Below, in pieces: positions 49,201 through 58,660 of a DNA stretch of 64,000 nucleotides. Both the position numbers and the translations under genes were made by a program. The notes under the pieces are model-generated. The model saw nothing but the letters and a program-made list of their open reading frames with translations. It was not told the DNA's origin and made no database searches. Numbering within the stretch: position 1 is the first letter of the stretch; each line of letters opens with the position of its first letter. This DNA is from a virus. The stretch is from IMG/VR virus record IMGVR_UViG_3300023174_000063. One strand, given 5' to 3'.

Positions 49201-50615
49201 GGGGCGTACAATTTGAAGTTCAAAGCAATCCACTCAATCTAAACTCGAACGCTGTAATCAATAAGTCGATATCGAGCTTTGCAAAGTTTTTCCCAAGCTT
49301 CCAGACAGGGCTTAATTTCTTGTCAGACAATACTTCGGGATTGCCTAATCTAGGCGATGGAATTGTTGTGGATGTTGACACCTTCAATAGAAATAAGTTC
49401 ACACTTGAGAATGTTCAAGTTGTTACAGGCGTCAATAATACTCCCGCTTCTACTCTCTGGAGCGCTGCTGTCTATAGACGTGACGGAGTTTTGGCCTCGT
49501 CACTCACAGCTTCTGACGGTCGCACATTTGAGGTAGAATCGACAAGATTCTTGGACCCAACAAACGATCTTAAAGATCAGACAACTCGTCAATTCGTTAA
49601 ATACACCTGCTTTGTACAGGGTGGATTTGATGGCTTCAATATTTTTGATAGCAATAAGTCCAAGATGACAGACGTTGCCATTAGAAGAGAGTTTGAGGAC
49701 GAAGACAATCAAGGAGGCATCTTTGGATCAACAATTGCTGCTTATAGAAAGGCAATTGATGTTCTGGGTGAGAAGACTGATGTCGATATTCAGCTCCTTG
49801 CAATTCCTGGCATTAGACACCCATCTGTGACAGACTACGCAATCGACGCCGTCGAGAGCCGATTCGATGCAATGTTTATTATGGATGTCGAGGAGAAAGA
49901 TCAAGAAAACGTATTTATTACAGGTTCAGTAAATCAGCTAGCTTCTGTTGCTAACACTGTTAATAATTTCAAGTCGAGAAACCTTGACACATCTTTCGCC
50001 GCGGCTTACTACCCAGACGTAATTGTCATCGATCCTGCAACAAGAACAAATGTTCAAGTTCCTCCATCGGTTGCAGTTCTTGGCGCATTCGCTCTGAATG
50101 ATGCGATTGCTTATCCATGGTTTGCACCTGCAGGTTTCACAAGAGGTGCATTGGCTAGCGTCCTAGAGACACAGGTAAAACTTAGTCGTCCAAACCTAGA
50201 CGCCCTCTACGATGCAGATATCAACCCAATCACTAGCTTCGCAGATTCACAGGGCGTGGTAGTTTTCGGTCAAAAGACACTGCAGACTGCACAAACTGCT
50301 CTCGATAGAGTCAACGTTAGAAGACTTCTTATTGAGATTAGACGACGTGTTAGAAGAATCGCAAATACATTTATTTTTGAGCCAAATAGAGCAGAGACAC
50401 TTGCAAGATTCTCGAGTCTTGTCACGCCAGTTCTTCAGCAAATTCAGGCTCAGAATGGTGTTGATCGTTTCAAAGTTCAAATTGACACAACAACTACAAC
50501 GCAAGCAGACGTCGAGAACAACACATTACGTGGAAAGATTTACGTCCAGCCAACCAAGACTGTTGAGTTCATCTCACTTGACTTCGTTGTAACAAACCAG
50601 GGCGCTCAGATCTAA
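46209..50615 (+). CDS. Tail sheath protein 2 with four inserted repeat domains
   Basis: Same sheath motifs (FKSPGVSTREID, WFAPAGFTRG, LDRVNVRRLL); 1468 aa. Confidence 0.95.
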   Translation: MASPFKSPGVSTREIDVSGPTSISPQGIPAGVIGTSQKGRAFVPITFATYRDFIAEFGSSDGEKFGPLAVNEWMRNSRAGTYVRVLGIGDGKRRTDDGVNAGRINNAGFVVGSSQVQSSGFVGGNPFANSDVITAVVTQAGGIGVALQESLTFLGVPAAGTSLSLTGSDGEFTVVTFVNDSTPGVNEIDVGALGNADEAAAALQAVIDSIDTFSAVVDGSVVTVTSDAGLSAASITVSEPAPAPGRTHFLATFMRETSAGSANILNDALGEGTITSDQGFPILRGIIFAASGVNLSLSTDVVDNNTPDPSLRAFFDFGVARDAGASHGTVTTADGKQTFVMILNGHKPSDLHNNVITASFDPTAADYFANVFNTDPHKIEEAGHLLYAHYDVYPSIAVPGAAYGSGENSATLTVNDEAVNNIDLVANLTFDRVPSAGTTVTLTDNEDTNTVITFVAGAAGPNEISIVGLADNVEAAAALQEVINGIATFTAAAEEESPVVTVTGASATGGTLPAIELDGVNIVSLVITNAAEPGEDLEVNITFSDIPTAGTFFDFTNGDGEEVRITFVAAAPAGNQISIAGLADAAAAASALANKINDVLGGFFTASTDLLTPTVVNVIGDNTPAGASAPTISYSETGSISIEIDTVPIAGVNLSVEIDFSAVPYPGDSFTFTPRDGGEPVTITFVDDAAPAANEINVGDLEDANDAAIALENKINLIALGLDDFFSAISVGTTVTVTGFVGTGEISLPLAVFSPLVNDAALLLHGASSWNVPDGLKPNYENFEERFQTAKSPWFISQKFGGKNKKLFRVHSIDDGAAGNSEFKITIENIAASNNVNYKYGTFDLLVRSINDTDIEPIVLESFRGLTLDPSSARYVARVIGDRHVFYDLDQLTGRQKLRIEGSYPNSSRYIRIEVEPQVSRQNVNSESLPVGFEGFAHTNTSGRIAADDDSLLTGYVAGASGLGVADFAKVKEPPVPMRTSLTQGVELAKKLNSKLTWGVQFEVQSNPLNLNSNAVINKSISSFAKFFPSFQTGLNFLSDNTSGLPNLGDGIVVDVDTFNRNKFTLENVQVVTGVNNTPASTLWSAAVYRRDGVLASSLTASDGRTFEVESTRFLDPTNDLKDQTTRQFVKYTCFVQGGFDGFNIFDSNKSKMTDVAIRREFEDEDNQGGIFGSTIAAYRKAIDVLGEKTDVDIQLLAIPGIRHPSVTDYAIDAVESRFDAMFIMDVEEKDQENVFITGSVNQLASVANTVNNFKSRNLDTSFAAAYYPDVIVIDPATRTNVQVPPSVAVLGAFALNDAIAYPWFAPAGFTRGALASVLETQVKLSRPNLDALYDADINPITSFADSQGVVVFGQKTLQTAQTALDRVNVRRLLIEIRRRVRRIANTFIFEPNRAETLARFSSLVTPVLQQIQAQNGVDRFKVQIDTTTTTQADVENNTLRGKIYVQPTKTVEFISLDFVVTNQGAQI

Positions 50616-50636
50616 TAAGTACTTAAGGTCGTGATG

Positions 50637-51998
50637 TTATCGTTCGGGGGCTATCAAGCCCCCGAATTTGTATTCGTACAAACTGATGTCGCAGCTCCAG
50701 ATTTTGACAAAAGACTCTTCTTGTATTTTGCAAAGAGAATTTGACAGTTTGTGTCTTGGCAGTCTATCATGACCGTCTGTCCACCAGAACCTAGGTTCTA
50801 CTGTTTTCGTCTTTATAAAATCTGCTTTCTCAAACAGCAGGCCCAAACCTAACCTGTCATCTAGTGCGCTATAGATCTTACTGTTATTGAATTTAGCGCA
50901 TGCATTTTGTGTGATATTTCTTAATATATGACTCGAGTCAAAGTCTGATATATTGCAAAATCTTATTAGTTCTATGGCGTCTTTATAGACTGAATGTTTT
51001 GGTTTTCTAAATGCGGCGACTGCAATAATCTTTTCGCCCATAAAAGCGCCAATATTGCATAAAGAGCTTACATTTCCCTCTATGTGATAGAGCTCCAAAA
51101 AGCTAGATTTTGTTTCATTGCTAATGAATTTATAGTTGATCAATGAATCTATAAACTTAACCTCTTTATACAAAGTCATTGCAATATGATATTGACATGC
51201 TTTCTGTCTGTCTCGCCACTCATCTTCAAATATGTGAACGAGATTAATACCTAGCTTTTGTGTTTCTTTTGTCTTGTTTGCGTGATAAAGACGATTTTTA
51301 AAAATCTCCGAGTGGAAATAGAGTGTGTTGTACTCTAGTGCAGTAGAGTAAGAAGGCATATACACATCAATATTGTCAGGTGGAATTATACTGTCACAGG
51401 ATATCATTGTGTCAGGGTCTAGACCTCTAACGAATCTATAGATTTCTATGTGATTTCTAGAGCCTGCAGGATCGCATGAAATGCAGCTATTATTCAATGC
51501 ATATATGATATTCTTTTTTTGTATATTTCCGCAAACTTTACACTTAAGTTCAAAAAGCAATTGATTATTTGCAGTCTGTATATTGTCAATGAGCTCAAAA
51601 CTAGAGGCATGAAGGGCTAATTTCTGCTTAGCTCTCTCTAGATCTATTTTTTGATCTAGATCTTTTCTCTTATTTCTTAGAGAAGAATTAATTTGCGCGC
51701 TTAAACTACTGTTTTTTCTTAAAGACTTATTTGTATGACTATTGTCAATAGAACTCTCTGTTTGTTCATCTGTATTTTTAAATTTATTGTGACCCTTTAT
51801 GAATTTACGGAAACCTTTTTGCCATGAAATAAATTGAGTTTTTTTCTTACAATTTCCACACTTGCACACAGGATGTGCTTTATTTTCAAAAATTTCGACA
51901 TAAGCATCTGATAACTGCTGGAAGCCATGGTCGGACATGTGTGCACGAAAACGACTAGTTTTTCTATTACAGATAGGACACAACATGTTTAGCCTCAA
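50637..51998 (-). CDS. Homing-endonuclease-like protein (Zn fingers + PD-(D/E)XK/Vsr-like domain, Hef-like)
   Basis: CPIC..H..H, CKCGNC..FIKGHN, IDVY..ALEYN.LYFH, LVHIFEDEW. The only convincing minus-strand gene; AT-rich. Confidence 0.7.
   Translation of the reverse strand: MRLNMLCPICNRKTSRFRAHMSDHGFQQLSDAYVEIFENKAHPVCKCGNCKKKTQFISWQKGFRKFIKGHNKFKNTDEQTESSIDNSHTNKSLRKNSSLSAQINSSLRNKRKDLDQKIDLERAKQKLALHASSFELIDNIQTANNQLLFELKCKVCGNIQKKNIIYALNNSCISCDPAGSRNHIEIYRFVRGLDPDTMISCDSIIPPDNIDVYMPSYSTALEYNTLYFHSEIFKNRLYHANKTKETQKLGINLVHIFEDEWRDRQKACQYHIAMTLYKEVKFIDSLINYKFISNETKSSFLELYHIEGNVSSLCNIGAFMGEKIIAVAAFRKPKHSVYKDAIELIRFCNISDFDSSHILRNITQNACAKFNNSKIYSALDDRLGLGLLFEKADFIKTKTVEPRFWWTDGHDRLPRHKLSNSLCKIQEESFVKIWSCDISLYEYKFGGLIAPER
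50643..50669. terminator. Hairpin between convergent genes (probable terminator)
   Basis: TTCGGGGGCT-atca-AGCCCCCGAA perfect 10-bp stem, short T tail. Confidence 0.7.
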
Positions 51999-52102
51999 TT
52001 CTATTTTTATCCGTCACATTTTGTTTGTCTTTGATAAATATTAAAAAATATTTTTCATACTTAGATTTATGACATATTTGTCACGTCACATAGGAGATTA
52101 CG

Positions 52103-52591
52103 ATGGCAGAGACACTTTCAGTTTCAGAGATGTTACCTAATAAGTTTGAACCCAAGAGGAAGTTTAGGTGGGTTTTTGCTATTGAAGGTATCGACTCGTT
52201 CCTCATGAAGTCAGCAGCTAGACCACAGTTTACAACACAAGCGACCGAAATTCCGTTTATAAATTCGACTCGCTATCTTGCCGGCAAAACAAAGTTTGGC
52301 ACCATCCAGTGCACACTTTACGATGCAATTGCACCCTCAGGCGCACAGCAAGTCATGGAATGGATTAGAACACACTTTGAGTCAGTTTCAGGAAGATCAG
52401 GCTATGCAGACTTCTACAAGAGAGACTGTCAGCTCAAGTTGCTTGATCCTGTAGGCACAGTTGTAGAACTCTGGGATATCAAGGGCGCATTCATTACAGA
52501 CGCCGCATTTGGTGAGCTAGATTACAACACAGAAGATCCTACAGAAGTTTCAATAACTCTGCAGTTTGATAACTGCGTACTGCAGTACTAA
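52103..52591 (+). CDS. Tail tube protein (gp19-like)
   Basis: FEPKRKFRW, LYDAIAPSGAQQVMEW, LLDPVGTVVELWDIKGAF..FGELDY. Confidence 0.9.
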   Translation: MAETLSVSEMLPNKFEPKRKFRWVFAIEGIDSFLMKSAARPQFTTQATEIPFINSTRYLAGKTKFGTIQCTLYDAIAPSGAQQVMEWIRTHFESVSGRSGYADFYKRDCQLKLLDPVGTVVELWDIKGAFITDAAFGELDYNTEDPTEVSITLQFDNCVLQY

Positions 52592-52667
52592 AATTCTAGA
52601 AATATTTTACGTCTAGGTTTAGCCTCCGCTATTATTGAATGTATCACTAATAATAGCGGAGGTAGAT

Positions 52668-53519
52668 GTGTCTGAATCTAGAGAAAATCGTAACGAAATA
52701 TTTGGTGGCAACCCGGCACAGAATGCAGGAATTCCTACACGCAATGTCATGAGAGATGATTTTGGCGTCGAGATCCCTGTCGAGACAGTGCCGCTACCCT
52801 CATCAGGACTTATTTATCCGCCTGGATCACCGCTAGCTGAGAGTGAAACTGTCGAGATTCGAGCGATGACTGCCCGCGAAGAAGACATCTTGACATCTAG
52901 GGCCCTCATTAAAAAGGGCACTGTCATTACTGAGCTTCTTAAGTCATGCCTTATCGACAAGAATATCGACCCGGACGCACTTCTGTCGGGAGATAGAAAT
53001 GCAATCATGACTGCAGTTAGAATCACAGGTTACGGCGCTGATTATACAGTTGATATCGACTGTCCTTCTTGTGGAGAAAAGTCTAAGCAGAATTTTAGAT
53101 TGACAGATCTGCCTATTAAGCGCTTGGAGATTAATCCAGTTGAGATCGGCAAGAATCTTTTTGAGTTCAAACTACCAGTTTCAGGCAAAAATATTCAGTT
53201 TAGATTCTTGACAGGCAAGGATGAGCAAGAGATTTCCGTTATTTCAGAGAGAAAAAAGAAGCAGGGCCAGCAGTCTGACAATCTGATAACACAGAAGCTC
53301 ATGTACTCCATAGTCTCTATTGACGGTACGACAGACAAGGTCAAGGTCCAGGCGTTTATTAGAAATATGCCTGCCCGAGATTCGCTAGCACTTCGTAAGT
53401 TTATGGATGCAAATGAGCCGGGTATTGACATGAAGTCTTGGATGGAGTGTCCTAGCTGCGATGAAAGCTCGGAGGTGAGATTGCCTCTTGGCGTCAGCTT
53501 TTTTTGGCCTGAGTCCTGA
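52668..53519 (+). CDS. Tail/baseplate-hub assembly chaperone (T4 gp26-like)
   Basis: VPLPSSGLIYP, MTAREEDIL, GDRNAIM..RITGYG, two CPSC motifs, ending FFWPES. GGAGG RBS before GTG 52668. Confidence 0.8.
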   Translation: MSESRENRNEIFGGNPAQNAGIPTRNVMRDDFGVEIPVETVPLPSSGLIYPPGSPLAESETVEIRAMTAREEDILTSRALIKKGTVITELLKSCLIDKNIDPDALLSGDRNAIMTAVRITGYGADYTVDIDCPSCGEKSKQNFRLTDLPIKRLEINPVEIGKNLFEFKLPVSGKNIQFRFLTGKDEQEISVISERKKKQGQQSDNLITQKLMYSIVSIDGTTDKVKVQAFIRNMPARDSLALRKFMDANEPGIDMKSWMECPSCDESSEVRLPLGVSFFWPES

Positions 53520-53769
53520 TAATACTCAGGAGTACAAAGAGGTCTTTTTAGAACACGTTTTTCTTCTAATGTATTATATGGGCTTTAGTTATATTGAAGC
53601 TTTCAATATACCGATTTGGCAAAGAATATGGTTCATTCAAAGAATTAATGACGAATTCAAAAAAAGTCAAAATGCTTCTAAGGCTGCACACCAGAACACA
53701 CCTGATGAACGCTCGATGAAAAATCTTTCTAGATCGCATGTTCCTGCTAAGCTAAGAAGATTTACATAA
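53500..53769 (+). CDS. Chaperone extension (gp51/GT-like), probably reached by frameshift
   Basis: +1 frame is open across the T7 run; GFSYIEAFNIPIWQRIWFI resembles gp51/GT-type C-terminal chaperone motifs; no clear RBS/start. Confidence 0.65.
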   Translation, partial: FFGLSPDNTQEYKEVFLEHVFLLMYYMGFSYIEAFNIPIWQRIWFIQRINDEFKKSQNASKAAHQNTPDERSMKNLSRSHVPAKLRRFT

Positions 53770-53807
53770 TTTTTTTCCGTAATACTTAGCATTGTCAAGG
53801 AGGAATT

Positions 53808-54059
53808 ATGAAAAATCCAGAGAAAGCTTTCCAGGCAATGGCTGCAAATTATATTTTGGGTGAATGTAATACAATTGATATTTCTGGACCTAAAGAAAAA
53901 GTCGAGTGCATTTTAGAAGTTTTAAGATCATCTAGACTTCTTTTTCTGGAATTGGAAAACAAAAATTCAACGCTAAAAGAGATTTTATCACTAACAGCGA
54001 AGAAAAATCTGGCTGCACAAAAATATAAAAATATTACTGGAAAAGTCTGGTATTTTTGA
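53808..54059 (+). CDS. Hypothetical protein
   Basis: ATACTTA at 53782 and AAGGAGG RBS. Confidence 0.6.
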   Translation: MKNPEKAFQAMAANYILGECNTIDISGPKEKVECILEVLRSSRLLFLELENKNSTLKEILSLTAKKNLAAQKYKNITGKVWYF

Positions 54060-54097
54060 CACTTATCTAATTAATTCTAGAAGGATACAGTGCTTAA

Positions 54098-57000
54098 ATG
54101 GCAGATACACCTGATGTAGGCGTTGGAAATCTAGACTTGCAGCGACAGCTCAATAGTCTAATTACAGAGCGCAATAAAATATTAGCACAGCACAATTCTA
54201 CAATTGAGGCTCACAATAATCTTATTGCAGAAATGTCTCTGAAGTTATCCAACATGCAGCTAGCAACAGCTGGTGCTGCTAGATCTAATGCTGAAATGAA
54301 TAGTGCATTAGAGGAGTCTTCTCGACTTGCACGTGCTACCAGTGAAGACATTGATGATCTAAACAAGAAGCTTAAAGAGACAGACAAGAAATCTTTTAAC
54401 GTCACCGGCATTCTCAAAAAAATGGGTGGAGCTTTACTGTCTGTTGGTAAAGTCGCAGGTAGCATCATTGGTGTGTTAATCGATGCAGGAGCTGCAATTT
54501 TTAATATAGCAAAAGCAGTCATTGCATGGCCATTTGCCCTTTTAGGCGCCCTGATTGAACAAGCTAACAGTCTACCTTCAGGACCCAATCCAATTAAAGT
54601 GGCTTTAGAAGATATTAGAAAAGCCTTTGGTGATCTTAACGCTAACGAAGGCAAAGCAGTTGCCGGCTCTCTAGGTGAAATTAGGCGAGAATTAAGCGAT
54701 TTTGCCGGAACTGGCTTGAGAGTTGCTAGAATTTATGGCTACGGATCTGAAGGTATTGCTGCAGCAATGAAAGATTTTCAGGCAATTGCTGAGGCTCTCG
54801 GGCCTAGTCTTAATAGATTGCAGCAAGATGTGAGAGGCAACATACCAGAGCTGCTAGCACTCACAAAAGGATTTACTACTAGCGCAGAAGCAACTGCTGC
54901 TATGCTTAAGCATGCCAAATCGCTAGGTAAAGACGGTACACAAGAAATTATACGCATGACCGGCATGGCCCAAAGAATGGGCAAGCAGTACGGAATTAAT
55001 GCTAAAATTATTGGCAAAGCAGTCGGAGAAATGTCCAAAGACGTCTCTAACTTTGGATCATTGTCGTCCAAGCAATTAATGTCATCAGCTGTTTATGCGT
55101 CAAAATTAGGAATTGAAATCAAAGAGCTCGCAGATGTAATGAATAAATTCCTTAATTTTGAAGATGCTGCCAAGGGTGCTGCAGAAATGGCACAAGCATT
55201 CGGCATGAACGTCGATGTCATGGAGCTCATGAAAGGCGGCCCTGAAGCAATCGACGAAATGAGAAAAGCATTTTTTGCTTCAGGCAGGTCGATCGAGAAC
55301 ATGTCAAATGCCGAACGAAAACTGCTTGAAATGCAAACGGGTCTGACCGGCGCGTCTCTAGAGGCAGCACTTGCTGCAGAAAATCAAGGCCTCTCATATG
55401 ATCAAATAGCGTCTTCAGCAGAGGATGCTGAGAGTGTTCAAGAGCAGCAAATTAAGGTAATGAGAGAGCTCGGCAAGAGTATTGAGAGAGTTTTTGGCAG
55501 CGGCGGAGATACATTTAAAGATTTTACTGAGTCGATTACGAAGGGATTTAATGACGGTCTTAATAGAGCCGGCCCCTTCTTGCAAGTACTTCAATTTATT
55601 AGAACAGACCTTAGAAAGGCTAATTGGTTTGGTCGTGAACTCGGAAAGACTTTCGGTACGCTTTTCCCTGGATTTGTTAAATTTTCTAACGGGCTAGCAG
55701 CTGTCTTTAATCCTGTAAATTTTAAGCAATTATTTCATGATTTTAGTGGCAACTTCAGACAGTTTATGAACGATCTTTCTGATCCCAAGAAGAATGCAGT
55801 CAAAGTTTTTCTAGAAAACATTAAGAAGACATTTAGCAGTTTCTTTAGCAGAAGTGGACCCGGCGGGGAAAAGATTTTTGACGGCTTCAAGACAATGGTA
55901 TCGACGGTCTGGAGAATTTTCAAGGAGCTTGTAACGGTAGGAGCAGAAGAATTAACCGCTTTAATTAAAGATTTTCTTAAGGGTGATTTTATTAAGTCAT
56001 TGACGTCAGGCGTTGATAGTGCATCATCTGAGGTTGGAAAAGCTTTGGGTGGTCTATGGGATGCGATTGTAAAGGCGTGGGATACACTGTGGCCTGTTTT
56101 GCAGCCAAAATTAGAAGAGTTTGGCACTTGGCTTAAAGAGAAATTTTTTGCAATTATTAACTCTTTATTTGGGATCACAAAGGAAGATGTTGAAAGTTCA
56201 GCCGGCTCTCTTATGTCTGCATTTAGCTCGGCTGCACCTTTTCTTGTGGGAGGAATGATTGCACCAATTGCTGCAATGTTGGCGCCAGCACTTGGTGGTG
56301 TCATTAAAGGAGCTTTTACGGCGACAACAGAGCTAATAACTAGATTTGCACTGACTAGTCTGGTTCCTGCGCTCGGTGGACTGCCTGGTGCAGCACCTCC
56401 TATTCCTGGCGCGCCTATGTCTGGTGCGGCATTTGGCAGCTTTTTGGCAAAAGGTTTAGCTATCTTGGTAATCGGCGCTGTCTTAATACCTCTGGCAGCG
56501 TCTTATCTTAAAAAAATAACGCCCAGTCTTATGGAAATTAATCCTGAGGTGCTTCCAAAGCTAGGCATTGCAATGTTAGCCTTAGGCGGCTTATTTCTTG
56601 CCGGCGCCGGCATGTTAGGAATGATAAAGCTAGCTTCTTACTTAGACGTCAAGGCAGGGGCCATGCTAGCAGGCATAGGCATAATAGCTGCAGCAGTTGG
56701 CGCAATGGCACTTACAGCAAAAGCAGTTAACTGGCTGCTAGAAGACATCGATGCTAATAAGCTCAAGACACAAGCTGAAGCACTCGACAAACTAACGTGG
56801 ATGGGCACGAAAATGTCAGCTGCAGCGCTGGTTATTGGAGCAATTGTTGTTCAGACCTACGGCCTCGGCGCACTTGTTATTGGTGCAGGCGTAGCAATGA
56901 TAGCTTCAGTCATTACTGGAACAGTTACAGCATTAATGCCGGCAATTAAAGCGCTCTCAAAAATAAAACTAGAAAACCCAGAACATTTTGAAAAGACAAC

Positions 57001-58627
57001 AACTATAATTACAAAATTGGCAGATACCGGCGCAAATACTGCTATGGCAATTGCAGCAATTATGAAAGCAATTCCTACCGGAAGCTATTTTAGTTTTGCT
57101 GATACAAGGCTAGGCCGTCTAAAAGAAGGAATGAAATTAGTTACATCACTTTCTGATTCGCTCAGTGATCCTATAAAGAAGATGCAGCCAATAATTGCCG
57201 ACGTCAGGACGATGATGACAACAACAGACCCTGCAGCATTTGAAGCGGGCACAAAGTTTTTAGCCGCTCTTTTGCCTCCAATTCTTGATTTTATGATGAT
57301 GGGACCCAAGCTTTTTTCTTCAATACAGAAATCAGTTACCAATAGTGAAGGTGAAATTAATACAATAAAATTTGAAAGATTAGCCATAATAACGGGTCAG
57401 ATAATGAGCTCAGTATCAAAGCCCGAAATGCTGACTAGTTTTAGTGAAGCCGTAAAAGGAATTACCAAGCTTGTCAATGACAAGTCATTCTCTGAAGACG
57501 TTATGAAGCCTGGATTCGATAAAAAAATGACAAAAGTTGTAAAGATTTTCGAAGTCATTAAATCTTTTAGCTCAATAACAGCTGATCTCATAGGAATTGT
57601 CACTGCTTTGCCTTATCTAGGCAATGGAAAGTCTGATTCTGAAAAAATCACATCAACGGTGACTTTGCTCAATAGCATTATTGGCTCAATTCCAGGGATG
57701 CTGAGCCGGCTCGTGACAGAAAGTGCAAATGTTTTCAATAGCCCTGAATTGAACCAGGCACTAAAAGACTACGACCCTAAAAAAGTTGAAGACAAGGTCG
57801 AAATGATCAAGTCGCTGTTTGAAATTCTAGGAGGGTTTACGTCAACAGTTGCAGGAATTTCCGAAGAAGTTATTGAAAAATCTAATGACGCAACCACACG
57901 TACTGGAGGCCTGACACTGGCGCCTGATAAAGTAGTCATGGGTACTAAATTTGGCCAAACAATGGAAGTCATCAGCAAAATAATTTCAGATGGCAAACTA
58001 AGAGATTTTGTAGGACAAATGTCGACCATTTTTGGCAATCTTTTTAAAGAAGTTGGACAAGACGGTTTGGCAAATGTTGGTAAATTTCAAGATTTTATTA
58101 GAGAAAGTATTTCAGCGCTTAAAGAATTTACTAACTTTCCTTCGGGCATAAGTAGTGGAATTAGAGATGCGTATGATGCGATTGTTCAGGGCGCTCCAGC
58201 TACATCTAGCGGTCTCATGCAAGGCACTTGGCTGCAAGCTATCGTACAAGCGCTAAGTTATACAGGCAACGCAGAAACTTTAAAAAATGCCGAGTCAAAT
58301 TCAGATACGTGGATTAAAATTGCCAACAATACCGCTAGCTTTCTAAAAATTCTTTCAGAATCTGCACAATTTGTTGATGCTGTTGCCTCAACATACATAG
58401 GCGCAGTTACTAAGATCCAAGAAATTGGCGATGCTTTTGCAACAACGAAGACTTTCGAACTGGCCATGGATCTTAGAGATCTTTTGCAGTCAAATAAAAA
58501 AGTCGTAGTAGATACAACTGGCGCAGAGTATCATATATCTTTAGTCGTTAATATCGATGCTGAAAAGTTAGCAGAAAATTTGGCAAAGACAAAAATATTC
58601 GGTGAAAAACTTGGAACAGGATCCTAA
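54098..58627 (+). CDS. Tape measure protein
   Basis: 1509 aa, Ala/Gly/Leu-rich and helical; FLNFEDAAKGAAEMAQAFG; central hydrophobic segments; follows tube and chaperone. Confidence 0.85.
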   Translation: MADTPDVGVGNLDLQRQLNSLITERNKILAQHNSTIEAHNNLIAEMSLKLSNMQLATAGAARSNAEMNSALEESSRLARATSEDIDDLNKKLKETDKKSFNVTGILKKMGGALLSVGKVAGSIIGVLIDAGAAIFNIAKAVIAWPFALLGALIEQANSLPSGPNPIKVALEDIRKAFGDLNANEGKAVAGSLGEIRRELSDFAGTGLRVARIYGYGSEGIAAAMKDFQAIAEALGPSLNRLQQDVRGNIPELLALTKGFTTSAEATAAMLKHAKSLGKDGTQEIIRMTGMAQRMGKQYGINAKIIGKAVGEMSKDVSNFGSLSSKQLMSSAVYASKLGIEIKELADVMNKFLNFEDAAKGAAEMAQAFGMNVDVMELMKGGPEAIDEMRKAFFASGRSIENMSNAERKLLEMQTGLTGASLEAALAAENQGLSYDQIASSAEDAESVQEQQIKVMRELGKSIERVFGSGGDTFKDFTESITKGFNDGLNRAGPFLQVLQFIRTDLRKANWFGRELGKTFGTLFPGFVKFSNGLAAVFNPVNFKQLFHDFSGNFRQFMNDLSDPKKNAVKVFLENIKKTFSSFFSRSGPGGEKIFDGFKTMVSTVWRIFKELVTVGAEELTALIKDFLKGDFIKSLTSGVDSASSEVGKALGGLWDAIVKAWDTLWPVLQPKLEEFGTWLKEKFFAIINSLFGITKEDVESSAGSLMSAFSSAAPFLVGGMIAPIAAMLAPALGGVIKGAFTATTELITRFALTSLVPALGGLPGAAPPIPGAPMSGAAFGSFLAKGLAILVIGAVLIPLAASYLKKITPSLMEINPEVLPKLGIAMLALGGLFLAGAGMLGMIKLASYLDVKAGAMLAGIGIIAAAVGAMALTAKAVNWLLEDIDANKLKTQAEALDKLTWMGTKMSAAALVIGAIVVQTYGLGALVIGAGVAMIASVITGTVTALMPAIKALSKIKLENPEHFEKTTTIITKLADTGANTAMAIAAIMKAIPTGSYFSFADTRLGRLKEGMKLVTSLSDSLSDPIKKMQPIIADVRTMMTTTDPAAFEAGTKFLAALLPPILDFMMMGPKLFSSIQKSVTNSEGEINTIKFERLAIITGQIMSSVSKPEMLTSFSEAVKGITKLVNDKSFSEDVMKPGFDKKMTKVVKIFEVIKSFSSITADLIGIVTALPYLGNGKSDSEKITSTVTLLNSIIGSIPGMLSRLVTESANVFNSPELNQALKDYDPKKVEDKVEMIKSLFEILGGFTSTVAGISEEVIEKSNDATTRTGGLTLAPDKVVMGTKFGQTMEVISKIISDGKLRDFVGQMSTIFGNLFKEVGQDGLANVGKFQDFIRESISALKEFTNFPSGISSGIRDAYDAIVQGAPATSSGLMQGTWLQAIVQALSYTGNAETLKNAESNSDTWIKIANNTASFLKILSESAQFVDAVASTYIGAVTKIQEIGDAFATTKTFELAMDLRDLLQSNKKVVVDTTGAEYHISLVVNIDAEKLAENLAKTKIFGEKLGTGS

Positions 58628-58660
58628 GGCATAGTATTTGATTAATTTCGGAGCACACAT

